Shown here in pieces: positions 53,855 to 62,059 of a stretch of DNA of 64,000 nucleotides; positions within the stretch are counted from its first letter, which is position 1; every line of letters begins with the position of its first letter. The position numbers and the translations under genes are program-made. Location of the stretch: the NCBI GenBank assembly GCA_017882335.1, contig JADGPR010000004.1, forward strand, positions 24,688-88,687. Reading direction: 5' to 3'. Source of the stretch: Bacteroidales bacterium. GTDB lineage: Bacteria; Bacteroidota; Bacteroidia; Bacteroidales; FEN-979. The notes beneath the pieces are model-generated. The model was given only the letters and a program-made list of their open reading frames with translations. It was not told where the DNA came from and did not search any database.

Positions 53855-56008
53855 ATGAGACCAAATTTTAAAGATGTTGATTTCAGGACCGGGTCCAGAC
53901 CCGGACAATCTTTCCGTGAGTGGGAAAAGGTAACAGGGATCCGGAAGGATTGGACCACACCTGAACAAATACCGGTTAAACCCGTTTATGGACAGGAGGA
54001 CCTGGAAGAGATGGAACACCTGGACTATGCCGCAGGCCTTCCTCCTTTTCTCCGCGGACCCTATTCAACAATGTATGTGATGAATCCATGGACTATCCGG
54101 CAGTATGCGGGTTTCTCAACGGCAGAGGAATCCAATGCATTTTACCGCCGTAACTTGGCTGCAGGTCAGGAGGGTCTTTCTGTAGCCTTCGATCTTGCTA
54201 CACACCGGGGGTACGATTCCGATCATAAGCGGGTTGAAGGGGATGTCGGGAAAGCCGGGGTCGCCATTGATTCCATCCTGGATATGAAAATCCTTTTTGA
54301 TCATATCCCGCTCGATAAAATGTCGGTTTCCATGACCATGAACGGGGCTGTTCTTCCTGTCCTTGCGTTTTATATCATTGCTGCAGAAGAACAGGGCGTT
54401 CCGATGAAATGTCTGACAGGTACGATCCAGAATGATATCCTGAAAGAGTTCATGGTGCGAAATACTTACATTTATCCGCCTCTTCCATCCATGAAGATCA
54501 TTGCTGACATCTTAGAGTATACGTCGAAGAACATGCCCAAATTCAATTCGATCAGTATCAGCGGGTACCATATGCAGGAAGCCGGCGCCACAGCCGATAT
54601 AGAACTTGCCTATACCCTGGCTGATGGACTTGAATACCTCAGGGCGGGCATCAATGCAGGAATGGATATTGATTCTTTTGCACCCCGGTTGTCGTTCTTC
54701 TGGGCTGTGGGGATGAACCACTTCATGGAGATCGCGAAGATGCGTGCAGCCCGGCTTCTCTGGGCCAAGATCGTGAAGCAGTTTAATCCGATAAATCCAA
54801 AGTCGATGGCGTTGCGTACGCATTGCCAGACCTCAGGATGGAGCCTCACCGAACAGGATCCGTTCAACAATGTCACACGTACCTGTGTGGAGGCATTGGC
54901 GGCCGCACTCGGGCATACCCAATCGCTTCATACGAACTCTCTGGATGAAGCCATCGCATTACCTACCGATTTCTCTGCACGGATCGCACGCAATACCCAG
55001 CTTTACCTGCAGGAAGAAACTAACATCTGCAAATCGCTTGATCCATGGGCAGGATCCTATTACATGGAGTTTCTGACCCATGAAATTGCACACAAGGCCT
55101 GGACACTGATCGGAGAAGTGGAAACGCTGGGAGGTATGGCAAAAGCAATCGAAACAGGCGTTCCGAAGATGAGGATCGAAGAAGCTTCAGCCCGTAAACA
55201 AGCCAGGATAGATTCGGGAAAAGATAAGATCATCGGCGTGAATGTGTTCCGCCTTGAAAAAGAGGATCCCATCGAGATCCTTGAAGTCGACAATAGTGCT
55301 GTAAGAGAATCGCAGATCATTCGCTTGCAGAAACTGAAAAAGGAAAGAAACCAGGAAGAGGTACAAAAGGCCCTGGATGCATTGACAATGTCGGCAGAGA
55401 CTGGGGAAGGCAACCTGCTGGCATTATCTATTGATGCTGCCCGCAAAAGGGCTACACTGGGCGAAATTTCATTCGCCCTGGAAAAAACTTACGGGAGGTA
55501 TAAAGCTGTGATACGATCAATTTCAGGTATCTATTCCTCGGAATCGGGGGATAGTGAGAATTTCAAGAAGGCTCGTGAACTGGCCGATAAATTTTCGGCG
55601 ACGGAAGGACGACGTCCACGGATCATGATTGCAAAAATGGGCCAGGACGGACATGACCGCGGGGCTAAGGTAGTTGCGACAGGTTATGCCGACATAGGGT
55701 TCGATGTGGATATCGGCCCACTTTTCCAGACACCGTCAGAGGCAGCGAAACAGGCCGTCGAAAACGACGTTCATATCCTTGGCGTTTCCAGTTTAGCCGC
55801 AGGACATAAAACACTGGTGCCGCAGGTCATTGATGAACTGAAAAAACTCGGAAGGGAAGATATCCTGGTGATTGTTGGTGGAGTCATCCCACCCCAGGAT
55901 TACGATTTCCTTTATCAAGCCGGGGCTGTAGCGATCTTTGGTCCCGGCACTGTGATTTCCGATGCTGCCACAAAACTGCTGGAAATCCTTATCGAGAGCA
56001 GGAAATAA
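53855..56008 (+). CDS. mutB: Methylmalonyl-CoA mutase large (alpha) subunit
   Basis: 717 aa with [17 protein letters not shown] and [20 protein letters not shown], plus the C-terminal B12-binding DxHxxG motif ([11 protein letters not shown]). Confidence 0.96.
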   Translation: MRPNFKDVDFRTGSRPGQSFREWEKVTGIRKDWTTPEQIPVKPVYGQEDLEEMEHLDYAAGLPPFLRGPYSTMYVMNPWTIRQYAGFSTAEESNAFYRRNLAAGQEGLSVAFDLATHRGYDSDHKRVEGDVGKAGVAIDSILDMKILFDHIPLDKMSVSMTMNGAVLPVLAFYIIAAEEQGVPMKCLTGTIQNDILKEFMVRNTYIYPPLPSMKIIADILEYTSKNMPKFNSISISGYHMQEAGATADIELAYTLADGLEYLRAGINAGMDIDSFAPRLSFFWAVGMNHFMEIAKMRAARLLWAKIVKQFNPINPKSMALRTHCQTSGWSLTEQDPFNNVTRTCVEALAAALGHTQSLHTNSLDEAIALPTDFSARIARNTQLYLQEETNICKSLDPWAGSYYMEFLTHEIAHKAWTLIGEVETLGGMAKAIETGVPKMRIEEASARKQARIDSGKDKIIGVNVFRLEKEDPIEILEVDNSAVRESQIIRLQKLKKERNQEEVQKALDALTMSAETGEGNLLALSIDAARKRATLGEISFALEKTYGRYKAVIRSISGIYSSESGDSENFKKARELADKFSATEGRRPRIMIAKMGQDGHDRGAKVVATGYADIGFDVDIGPLFQTPSEAAKQAVENDVHILGVSSLAAGHKTLVPQVIDELKKLGREDILVIVGGVIPPQDYDFLYQAGAVAIFGPGTVISDAATKLLEILIESRK

Positions 56009-56011
56009 CCC

Positions 56012-57238
56012 ATGGAACTACAGATTCATACCTTGCCAAACGGCATCCGGCTGGTTCATCATTTCGTACCTTCGAAGGTAGCACACATCGGGTTGTTCAT
56101 CAATGCCGGTACGCGTGATGAAAATGAGCGGGAACACGGCATTGCGCATTTTATCGAACATACCATTTTCAAAGGGACTGAAAAACGAAATGTCTTCCAG
56201 GTGCTCAATCGCCTGGAAAATGTCGGCGCCGACTTGAATGCCTATACCTCCAAGGAAGAGACCTGTATCTACGCAACTTTTCTCAACGAATATTATGACC
56301 GGACCCTGGAGCTTTTCCAGGACATCCTTTTTCATTCTACTTTTCCCGAAAAGGAACTCGCGAAAGAGAAACAGGTGGTGATGGATGAGATCAGGTCGTA
56401 CCAGGATAATCCTGCAGACCAGATCTTTGATGATTTCGAGGACCTTGTCTTTGCCGGCCATCCCTTAGGAAAGAATATCCTTGGAACAGTCAAAAGTCTG
56501 AAACAGTTAACCCGGAAAGAACTTCTGGAATTCATAAGAATGAATTACTGCCCGGAAGAAATCGTGGTTGTTTCCGTAGGAAAGATTGAATTTCCACGAC
56601 TGACAAAATTAATTACGAAATATTTCAGCCAAACCCCTGAACGAAAGAAAACCATTTCCCGGATGCCGATTGATGGTTATCAGGTGGTCGTCAAAACACA
56701 AAAGAAAAAAACCTTCATGGTTCATTGCATGGTGGGTTGTCCCGGTTATGCATTCAGCAACGAATGCCGGATTCCCCTGGCACTCCTGAACAACATGCTG
56801 GGCGGGCCGATCCTGAACTCGCGTTTATCACTCGCACTGCGTGAACGCAACGGGCTGACCTATCATAACGAATCAAATTACACGCCTTACTCTGATGCAG
56901 GAATTATCAGCATCTACTTTGGAACCGATCCGATTCATTATGAGAAAGCATTAAAAATCGTTCACCAGGAACTAGCCAAACTCCGAAATCAAAAACTGAC
57001 TAAAATCCAGCTTCACACCATTCAGAAACAACTGATCGGACAATTGGCCATTGCACAGGAATCCAACCTGGGACAGATGTTATCTATCGGGAAAAATTTC
57101 CTGCTCCAGAATAAATTTGATCCCATTGAAACGATCATCTCAAGAATAAACAGTACTACTGCAGAAGAGCTGCTGGAGATTTCCAATGATGTTTTTCATC
57201 CGGAAAAACTCAGCATGCTTACCTTCCAGGTAAAGTAG
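56012..57238 (+). CDS. M16-family (pitrilysin/insulinase-like) zinc peptidase
   Basis: 408 aa with the inverted zinc motif HFIEHTIFKG (HxxEH) and a downstream Glu. Starts 4 nt after the mutB stop. Confidence 0.88.
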   Translation: MELQIHTLPNGIRLVHHFVPSKVAHIGLFINAGTRDENEREHGIAHFIEHTIFKGTEKRNVFQVLNRLENVGADLNAYTSKEETCIYATFLNEYYDRTLELFQDILFHSTFPEKELAKEKQVVMDEIRSYQDNPADQIFDDFEDLVFAGHPLGKNILGTVKSLKQLTRKELLEFIRMNYCPEEIVVVSVGKIEFPRLTKLITKYFSQTPERKKTISRMPIDGYQVVVKTQKKKTFMVHCMVGCPGYAFSNECRIPLALLNNMLGGPILNSRLSLALRERNGLTYHNESNYTPYSDAGIISIYFGTDPIHYEKALKIVHQELAKLRNQKLTKIQLHTIQKQLIGQLAIAQESNLGQMLSIGKNFLLQNKFDPIETIISRINSTTAEELLEISNDVFHPEKLSMLTFQVK

Positions 57239-57274
57239 CGCTATTTTCTTGTTACCCAGATAAAACTTATCGCC

Positions 57275-57922
57275 ATGATTTCCGATGAACTTAGTAAATA
57301 TGCAGAACAACATACCACGCCTGAATATCCGTTTCTTGAAAGGCTGAACCGCGAAACCCAGCTCACGAAAGTTTATCCACGCATGCTTGCAGGACACATG
57401 CAGGGGATGTTGCTGCGGTTGATCAGCCAGATGATCCATCCCCGCCGGATACTTGAGATCGGTACCTTTACCGGCTATTCTGCGATCAACCTCGCCCTGG
57501 GACTTTTTCCCTCCCCTCCTGAAGAAGGTATTCTTCACACCATCGAAGTCGACCCGGAACAGGAAGCGATCATACGGAAATATTTTATTGAGGCCGGAAT
57601 AGAAAAGAAAGTGATCCTGCACATCGGTGAAGCCATGAAGATCATTCCGACCCTTGATGAAATCTGGGACCTGGTATACATCGATGCCGATAAACCCAAT
57701 TACCTGAATTACTATAACCTGGTCTTCGACCGTGTAAGGCCGGGTGGATTTATCCTTGCCGACAATGCCCTATGGGATGGAAAAGTTCTGGATCCCGGCA
57801 CCCGCAGCAAAGACACGCGCGGGATCATTGACTTCAATGAGTTTGTTATAAAAGATGACAGGGTTGAAAACCTGTTGTTACCCTTTCGGGATGGCTTGAT
57901 GATCGTTCGAAAAGGCGACTAA
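57275..57922 (+). CDS. Class I SAM-dependent O-methyltransferase (family 3, caffeoyl-CoA OMT-like)
   Basis: 215 aa with the SAM motif ILEIGTFTGYSA and the YIDADKPNY metal/substrate motif. Confidence 0.85.
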   Translation: MISDELSKYAEQHTTPEYPFLERLNRETQLTKVYPRMLAGHMQGMLLRLISQMIHPRRILEIGTFTGYSAINLALGLFPSPPEEGILHTIEVDPEQEAIIRKYFIEAGIEKKVILHIGEAMKIIPTLDEIWDLVYIDADKPNYLNYYNLVFDRVRPGGFILADNALWDGKVLDPGTRSKDTRGIIDFNEFVIKDDRVENLLLPFRDGLMIVRKGD

Positions 57923-57936
57923 GCACTTAAGCTTTT

Positions 57937-58443
57937 TTAGCCAACCTTATACTCATATCTAACCTTGGAAAGCTCCTCATTCGCCTTCACTACCTTGGTT
58001 TTTAGCTCTTCCTTGAAAGCAAGCATTTTTAGGTGCAATTCGGGGTCGGAAGTTGCCAGGATCTCTACCGCCAGGATCGCAGCATTCTGTGCTCCATTGA
58101 TCGCCACGGTTGCAACCGGAATTCCCGGGGGCATCTGGAGGATTGCCAGCATGGCATCCAGTCCTTCCAGTGAGGCTTTGATCGGAACCCCGATCACCGG
58201 AATTGTCGTCATGGCGGCGATGACTCCAGGGAGATGGGCTGCCATACCCGCAGCAGCAATGATGACACGAATTCCCCTTTTGTGTGCATTTCTTGTAAAT
58301 TCTTCGACTTTTTCAGGAGTCCGGTGAGCAGAGAGGGCATTCATCTCAAACGGGATCTTCATTTCATTGAGGAATTTGGCCGCAGCTTCCATCACCGGAA
58401 GGTCGGATGTGCTGCCCATGATAATGCTTACTTTTGGTTCCAT
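57937..58443 (-). CDS. purE: 5-(carboxyamino)imidazole ribonucleotide mutase
   Basis: 168 aa with VSIIMGSTSDLPVM, SAHRTP and AAGMAAHLPGV motifs. Confidence 0.95.
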   Translation of the reverse strand: MEPKVSIIMGSTSDLPVMEAAAKFLNEMKIPFEMNALSAHRTPEKVEEFTRNAHKRGIRVIIAAAGMAAHLPGVIAAMTTIPVIGVPIKASLEGLDAMLAILQMPPGIPVATVAINGAQNAAILAVEILATSDPELHLKMLAFKEELKTKVVKANEELSKVRYEYKVG

Positions 58444-58448
58444 TTATG

Positions 58449-58456
58449 TATCTTTG
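58449..58456 (+). promoter_or_regulatory. Candidate -7 box (TATCTTTG) for hpt
   Basis: Perfect TAnnTTTG on the plus strand, 39 nt upstream of the hpt ATG and only 5 nt from the purE start codon. Confidence 0.4.
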
Positions 58457-58467
58457 CTGGTTTCTGA

Positions 58468-58475
58468 CAAAAATA
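58468..58475 (-). promoter_or_regulatory. Candidate -7 box (TATTTTTG) for purE
   Basis: Perfect TAnnTTTG on the minus strand, 24 nt upstream of the purE ATG and 20 nt upstream of the hpt ATG on the other strand. Confidence 0.5.
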
Positions 58476-58495
58476 GTGATATTTTCGAATTTATT

Positions 58496-59035
58496 ATGGC
58501 CACAATAAAAGTTAAAGACAAGGATTTTGAGATAAGCATCGATGCAAATACAATTGATGCTGCAGTGAAGAGGATGGCCATTGAAATCAACCGGGATTAC
58601 GAAGGCAAGCATCCTTTGTTCCTCGCCATATTGAACGGATCTTTTGTATTCGCAGCCGACCTTATCCGCAAGATCACTATTCCCTGTGAGATATCTTTTG
58701 TAAAACTTTCATCGTATTCCGGTACAAATTCAACGGAGGATGTCCAGGAACTAATAGGCCTTAATGAAGATATTACCGGACGGCATCTGGTCATTGTTGA
58801 AGATATCGTCGATACCGGGATTACACTGGAGAAATTACTCAAGGACTTGGAAAAACATGAGCCGGCGAGTATAAAACTAGCCTGTTTCACCTTTAAAAAA
58901 GAGGCATTCAAAAAATCCTTCCGCATCGATTATCTCGGGATTACCATTCCCAATGAATTTATAGTCGGGTATGGACTGGATTACGACGGCTATGGAAGGA
59001 ACCTTCCGGACATATATAAAATAGTGAAATCGTAA
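58496..59035 (+). CDS. hpt: Hypoxanthine(-guanine) phosphoribosyltransferase
   Basis: The start is set at MATIKVKDKDF. It has the PRPP-binding motif LVIVEDIVDTGITL. The longer ORF from 58367 overlaps purE on the other strand. Confidence 0.93.
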   Translation: MATIKVKDKDFEISIDANTIDAAVKRMAIEINRDYEGKHPLFLAILNGSFVFAADLIRKITIPCEISFVKLSSYSGTNSTEDVQELIGLNEDITGRHLVIVEDIVDTGITLEKLLKDLEKHEPASIKLACFTFKKEAFKKSFRIDYLGITIPNEFIVGYGLDYDGYGRNLPDIYKIVKS

Positions 59036-59039
59036 AACA

Positions 59040-59067
59040 GGCATTAGGCATTGGGCATTAGGCAATA
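59040..59067. repeat. Four degenerate tandem heptamers GGCAWTR
   Basis: The units are ggcatta ggcattg ggcatta ggcaata. The tract starts 5 nt after the hpt stop. Confidence 0.8.
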
Positions 59068-59092
59068 GGGAAAATAAAAAATGAAAGTTAGC

Positions 59093-59141
59093 ATCCAATA
59101 CCCAGTACCCAGAACCTAATTCTTAAAACCCAATACCAAAC
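59093..59141. repeat. Seven-unit heptamer-periodic tract, consensus ACCYARY
   Basis: The units are atccaat acccagt acccaga acctaat tcttaaa acccaat accaaac. The tract ends 20 nt upstream of the adk ATG. Confidence 0.7.
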
Positions 59142-59161
59142 AATTAAAATAAAATCGTATT

Positions 59162-59728
59162 ATGTTCAACCTCATTCTCTTTGGTCCACCGGGAGCCGGT
59201 AAAGGGACGCAGGCTATAAAGATTGCAGGAAAATACGGCTGGGTACATGTATCCACCGGTGACATCCTGCGGTCGGAAGTGAGCCAGGGAACACCTCTCG
59301 GACTCAAAGTCAAAGCGGTTATGGAAGCCGGTATTCTTGTTTCCGACGAACTGCTGATCGAGATCATGGAATCGGTTTTCAGGAAAAACAATACTGCCGG
59401 CGGTTTTGTACTGGATGGTTTTCCCCGTACCCTGAACCAGGCAAAAGAACTCGACCGGATGCTGGTGAAACTCGGAACAATTGTTTCCCTCGTTCTTTCT
59501 CTGGATGTGGATGAGGAAGAACTGGTTAAACGCCTGCTCAAACGGGCACAGGAACAGGGTCGTAAAGATGACACCGAAGAGGTGATCAAAAACCGCCTGG
59601 TTCAATATCATCAGCATACAAAGCCCCTGATTGAATACTATGAGTCGGAGAACCTGCTTAAAAATGTGATGGGCGTTGGAAGCATCGATGATATCTTCAC
59701 CTCATTGTGCGAGTCTATTATTTCCTAA
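59162..59728 (+). CDS. adk: Adenylate kinase (short, no zinc lid)
   Basis: 188 aa with P-loop FGPPGAGKGTQ and the GFVLDGFPRT motif. Confidence 0.96.
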   Translation: MFNLILFGPPGAGKGTQAIKIAGKYGWVHVSTGDILRSEVSQGTPLGLKVKAVMEAGILVSDELLIEIMESVFRKNNTAGGFVLDGFPRTLNQAKELDRMLVKLGTIVSLVLSLDVDEEELVKRLLKRAQEQGRKDDTEEVIKNRLVQYHQHTKPLIEYYESENLLKNVMGVGSIDDIFTSLCESIIS

Positions 59729-59730
59729 AG

Positions 59731-59758
59731 CCCAACACCCAATACCCAACACCTAAAA
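59731..59758. repeat. Four degenerate tandem heptamers CCCAAYA
   Basis: The units are cccaaca cccaata cccaaca cctaaaa. They fill the adk-obg spacer. Confidence 0.8.
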
Positions 59759-59761
59759 TGA

Positions 59762-60769
59762 ATGGCTGAATCGAATTTTGTTGATTATGTAAAAATTTTC
59801 TGTAGTTCCGGTCATGGAGGACCAGGGTCAGCGCATTTTCTCAGGACGCGCGGAGTCCCGCATGGCGGACCCGATGGTGGCGACGGTGGCAGGGGAGGCC
59901 ATATCATCCTAAAAGGAAACAAGCAACTGTGGACCCTGATACACCTGAAATATACGCGGCATCTCCGGGCAAAAGACGGCGAAAATGGAGCAAAGCAATT
60001 GATGCATGGCGCCAATGGGGCCGATGTGACCATTGAAGTTCCCCTTGGAACCGTCGCAAGGGATGCAGAAACCGGCAAGTATGAATGTGAGATTACAGAG
60101 GATGGCCAGTCTGTTATCCTGGTCCCAGGTGGGAAAGGCGGACTGGGCAATGATCATTTTAAATCCTCCACCTTCCAGGCCCCGAAATTTGCACAACCCG
60201 GGGAAGAAGGAATTGAAAGCTGGAAGATCCTCGAATTGAAACTCCTGGCAGATGTCGGGTTAGTTGGATTTCCCAATGCCGGAAAATCAACCTTGCTGTC
60301 GGTGATATCTGCAGCCAAACCCCAGATTGCCGATTACCCCTTCACCACTTTGGTTCCCAACCTTGGAATTGTCCCGCTGGAAGGCAAAAAATCCTTTGTC
60401 ATGGCTGATATTCCGGGAATTATTGAGGGTGCCCATGAAGGAAAAGGAATCGGGTTGCGGTTTTTACGGCACATTGAACGGAATTCCATCCTGCTATTCA
60501 TGATTCCGGTCGACAGCCAGGATATCCGGAAGGAATATGAGATCCTTCTGAATGAACTCCGACAGTTTAACCCGGAATTGCTGGATAAGGCGAGGGTTCT
60601 TGCAGTGACAAAGACAGACCTTGCCGATGCAGAACTCACACGGGAACTGAAAAAAGAATTACCGGATGTTCCCTCGGTCTTTATCTCTTCTCACAAGAAA
60701 CTTGGGCTTAACAAATTGAAGAGCATGCTCTGGAATGAGCTTAACCAGATAAATACTGATTATATTTGA
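59762..60769 (+). CDS. obg: GTPase Obg/CgtA
   Basis: 335 aa with an Obg fold (FVDYVKI...[12 protein letters not shown]) and G-domain motifs [18 protein letters not shown] and TKTD. Confidence 0.96.
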   Translation: MAESNFVDYVKIFCSSGHGGPGSAHFLRTRGVPHGGPDGGDGGRGGHIILKGNKQLWTLIHLKYTRHLRAKDGENGAKQLMHGANGADVTIEVPLGTVARDAETGKYECEITEDGQSVILVPGGKGGLGNDHFKSSTFQAPKFAQPGEEGIESWKILELKLLADVGLVGFPNAGKSTLLSVISAAKPQIADYPFTTLVPNLGIVPLEGKKSFVMADIPGIIEGAHEGKGIGLRFLRHIERNSILLFMIPVDSQDIRKEYEILLNELRQFNPELLDKARVLAVTKTDLADAELTRELKKELPDVPSVFISSHKKLGLNKLKSMLWNELNQINTDYI

Positions 60770-61341
60770 TCGAGTTCCTGGATCATATCGACCGTGCCTT
60801 TTTTCTATTCCTTAACGGGTTTCACAATCCTTTTTTTGACGGGGTGATGTTCGTAGTTACAAAATCCCTGTTGTGGGTACCCCTTTACCTGTTTTTCCTT
60901 TTTTTTGTGATCCGCAAATATAAATGGAATGCCTTGGTGATTGTGGTGTTTGCAGCCATAATGATCCTGGTCAGCGACCAGTTGTCGAACGTTGTAAAAG
61001 ATACGGTCCAAAGGCTGAGGCCTTCAAATCAGCCGGGACTGATGGTTCACATCGTTGAAGCCTATAAGGGCGGGACTTATGGCTTTTACTCGGCTCATGC
61101 CTCCAATACTTTCAGCGTAGTTGTTTTCCTGGTCATCCTCCTGGGCCGGAAATACTGGTATGTTACTGTCCCGGTCATTCTTTGGTCACTGTTGACATCG
61201 TATACCAGGATTTATCTGGGGGTTCATTACCCGGGTGATATTCTTGCAGGATGGATTGCAGGTGGCTTGGTGGGTTTATTGTTCGGGAAATTGGCACAAT
61301 GGACCGTAAACAGGATCAACCAAAGGAAACAATATCTATAA
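60766..61341 (+). CDS. PAP2-family phosphatase (undecaprenyl-diphosphatase-like membrane protein)
   Basis: 191 aa with PAP2 motifs [15 protein letters not shown] and [16 protein letters not shown] start overlaps the obg stop by 4 nt (TTGA). Confidence 0.84.
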   Translation: MIEFLDHIDRAFFLFLNGFHNPFFDGVMFVVTKSLLWVPLYLFFLFFVIRKYKWNALVIVVFAAIMILVSDQLSNVVKDTVQRLRPSNQPGLMVHIVEAYKGGTYGFYSAHASNTFSVVVFLVILLGRKYWYVTVPVILWSLLTSYTRIYLGVHYPGDILAGWIAGGLVGLLFGKLAQWTVNRINQRKQYL

Positions 61342-61353
61342 GCGGCTAAATCC

Positions 61354-62010
61354 TTAATCCGAGAATTTGTAGCTCAGCCCGGCATTCAGAATTCCATAAG
61401 AGCCGAACCCGAATTCAAGAAATCCTCCAAATGCCCGGCCAAACCTTAGTCCCATCAAAGTAAGTTCACCTCCCGGCCACAACTTACGCTCAGAAGTAGG
61501 TTCTCCATTCACGGTTACTTTTCCGAAATCAATAGTGAGCCCGATCCCGATCCCGGAATACATACGGATAAAAGGCCTGTTAAGGTAGCAGAAAGTAACT
61601 CTTGCGATACCTGTGACCAGCCTGTCATCGGAGATTAAAGAAATTGCAGAATCATTTCCGTTTAACGTAAGACGCCCTTTTCCTGTATAATGGAAATTCT
61701 GGTATCCGAACATAATTCCCATTGAAATTACTCTGTTAAGGGACCTGGAATAACCAATTAAAAAGGTACCGACCGACTGTGGTTCAGTAAATTTTGCGTT
61801 AGGCACCGTTTTGGTCGGATAATCCGAGCTGTGAGCCATCCTTCCTGTGAAATAGAAGATTGAAAGCGCCCCATACCCGGCATAGAAATCATTGTAAAGT
61901 GTCGCCTGGGAAGTCTTGGTACTTGTTTTTGCCGTTGTTTCAGCGTTCTGGGAAAATGAAACTGAGCACATCAGCATAAAAATCATGAGCAATGGGAATA
62001 GATTTTTCAT
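61354..62010 (-). CDS. Hypothetical small outer-membrane beta-barrel protein
   Basis: The start is set at MKNLFPLLMIFMLMCSVSFSQ (signal peptide). It has Gly/aromatic-rich alternating strands and a C-terminal YKF. It lies directly downstream of the RND pump gene. Confidence 0.6.
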   Translation of the reverse strand: MKNLFPLLMIFMLMCSVSFSQNAETTAKTSTKTSQATLYNDFYAGYGALSIFYFTGRMAHSSDYPTKTVPNAKFTEPQSVGTFLIGYSRSLNRVISMGIMFGYQNFHYTGKGRLTLNGNDSAISLISDDRLVTGIARVTFCYLNRPFIRMYSGIGIGLTIDFGKVTVNGEPTSERKLWPGGELTLMGLRFGRAFGGFLEFGFGSYGILNAGLSYKFSD

Positions 62011-62059
62011 ATGTATAATTTGATATATTAATAATAGGAAGATCAGGTAAATATACAAA

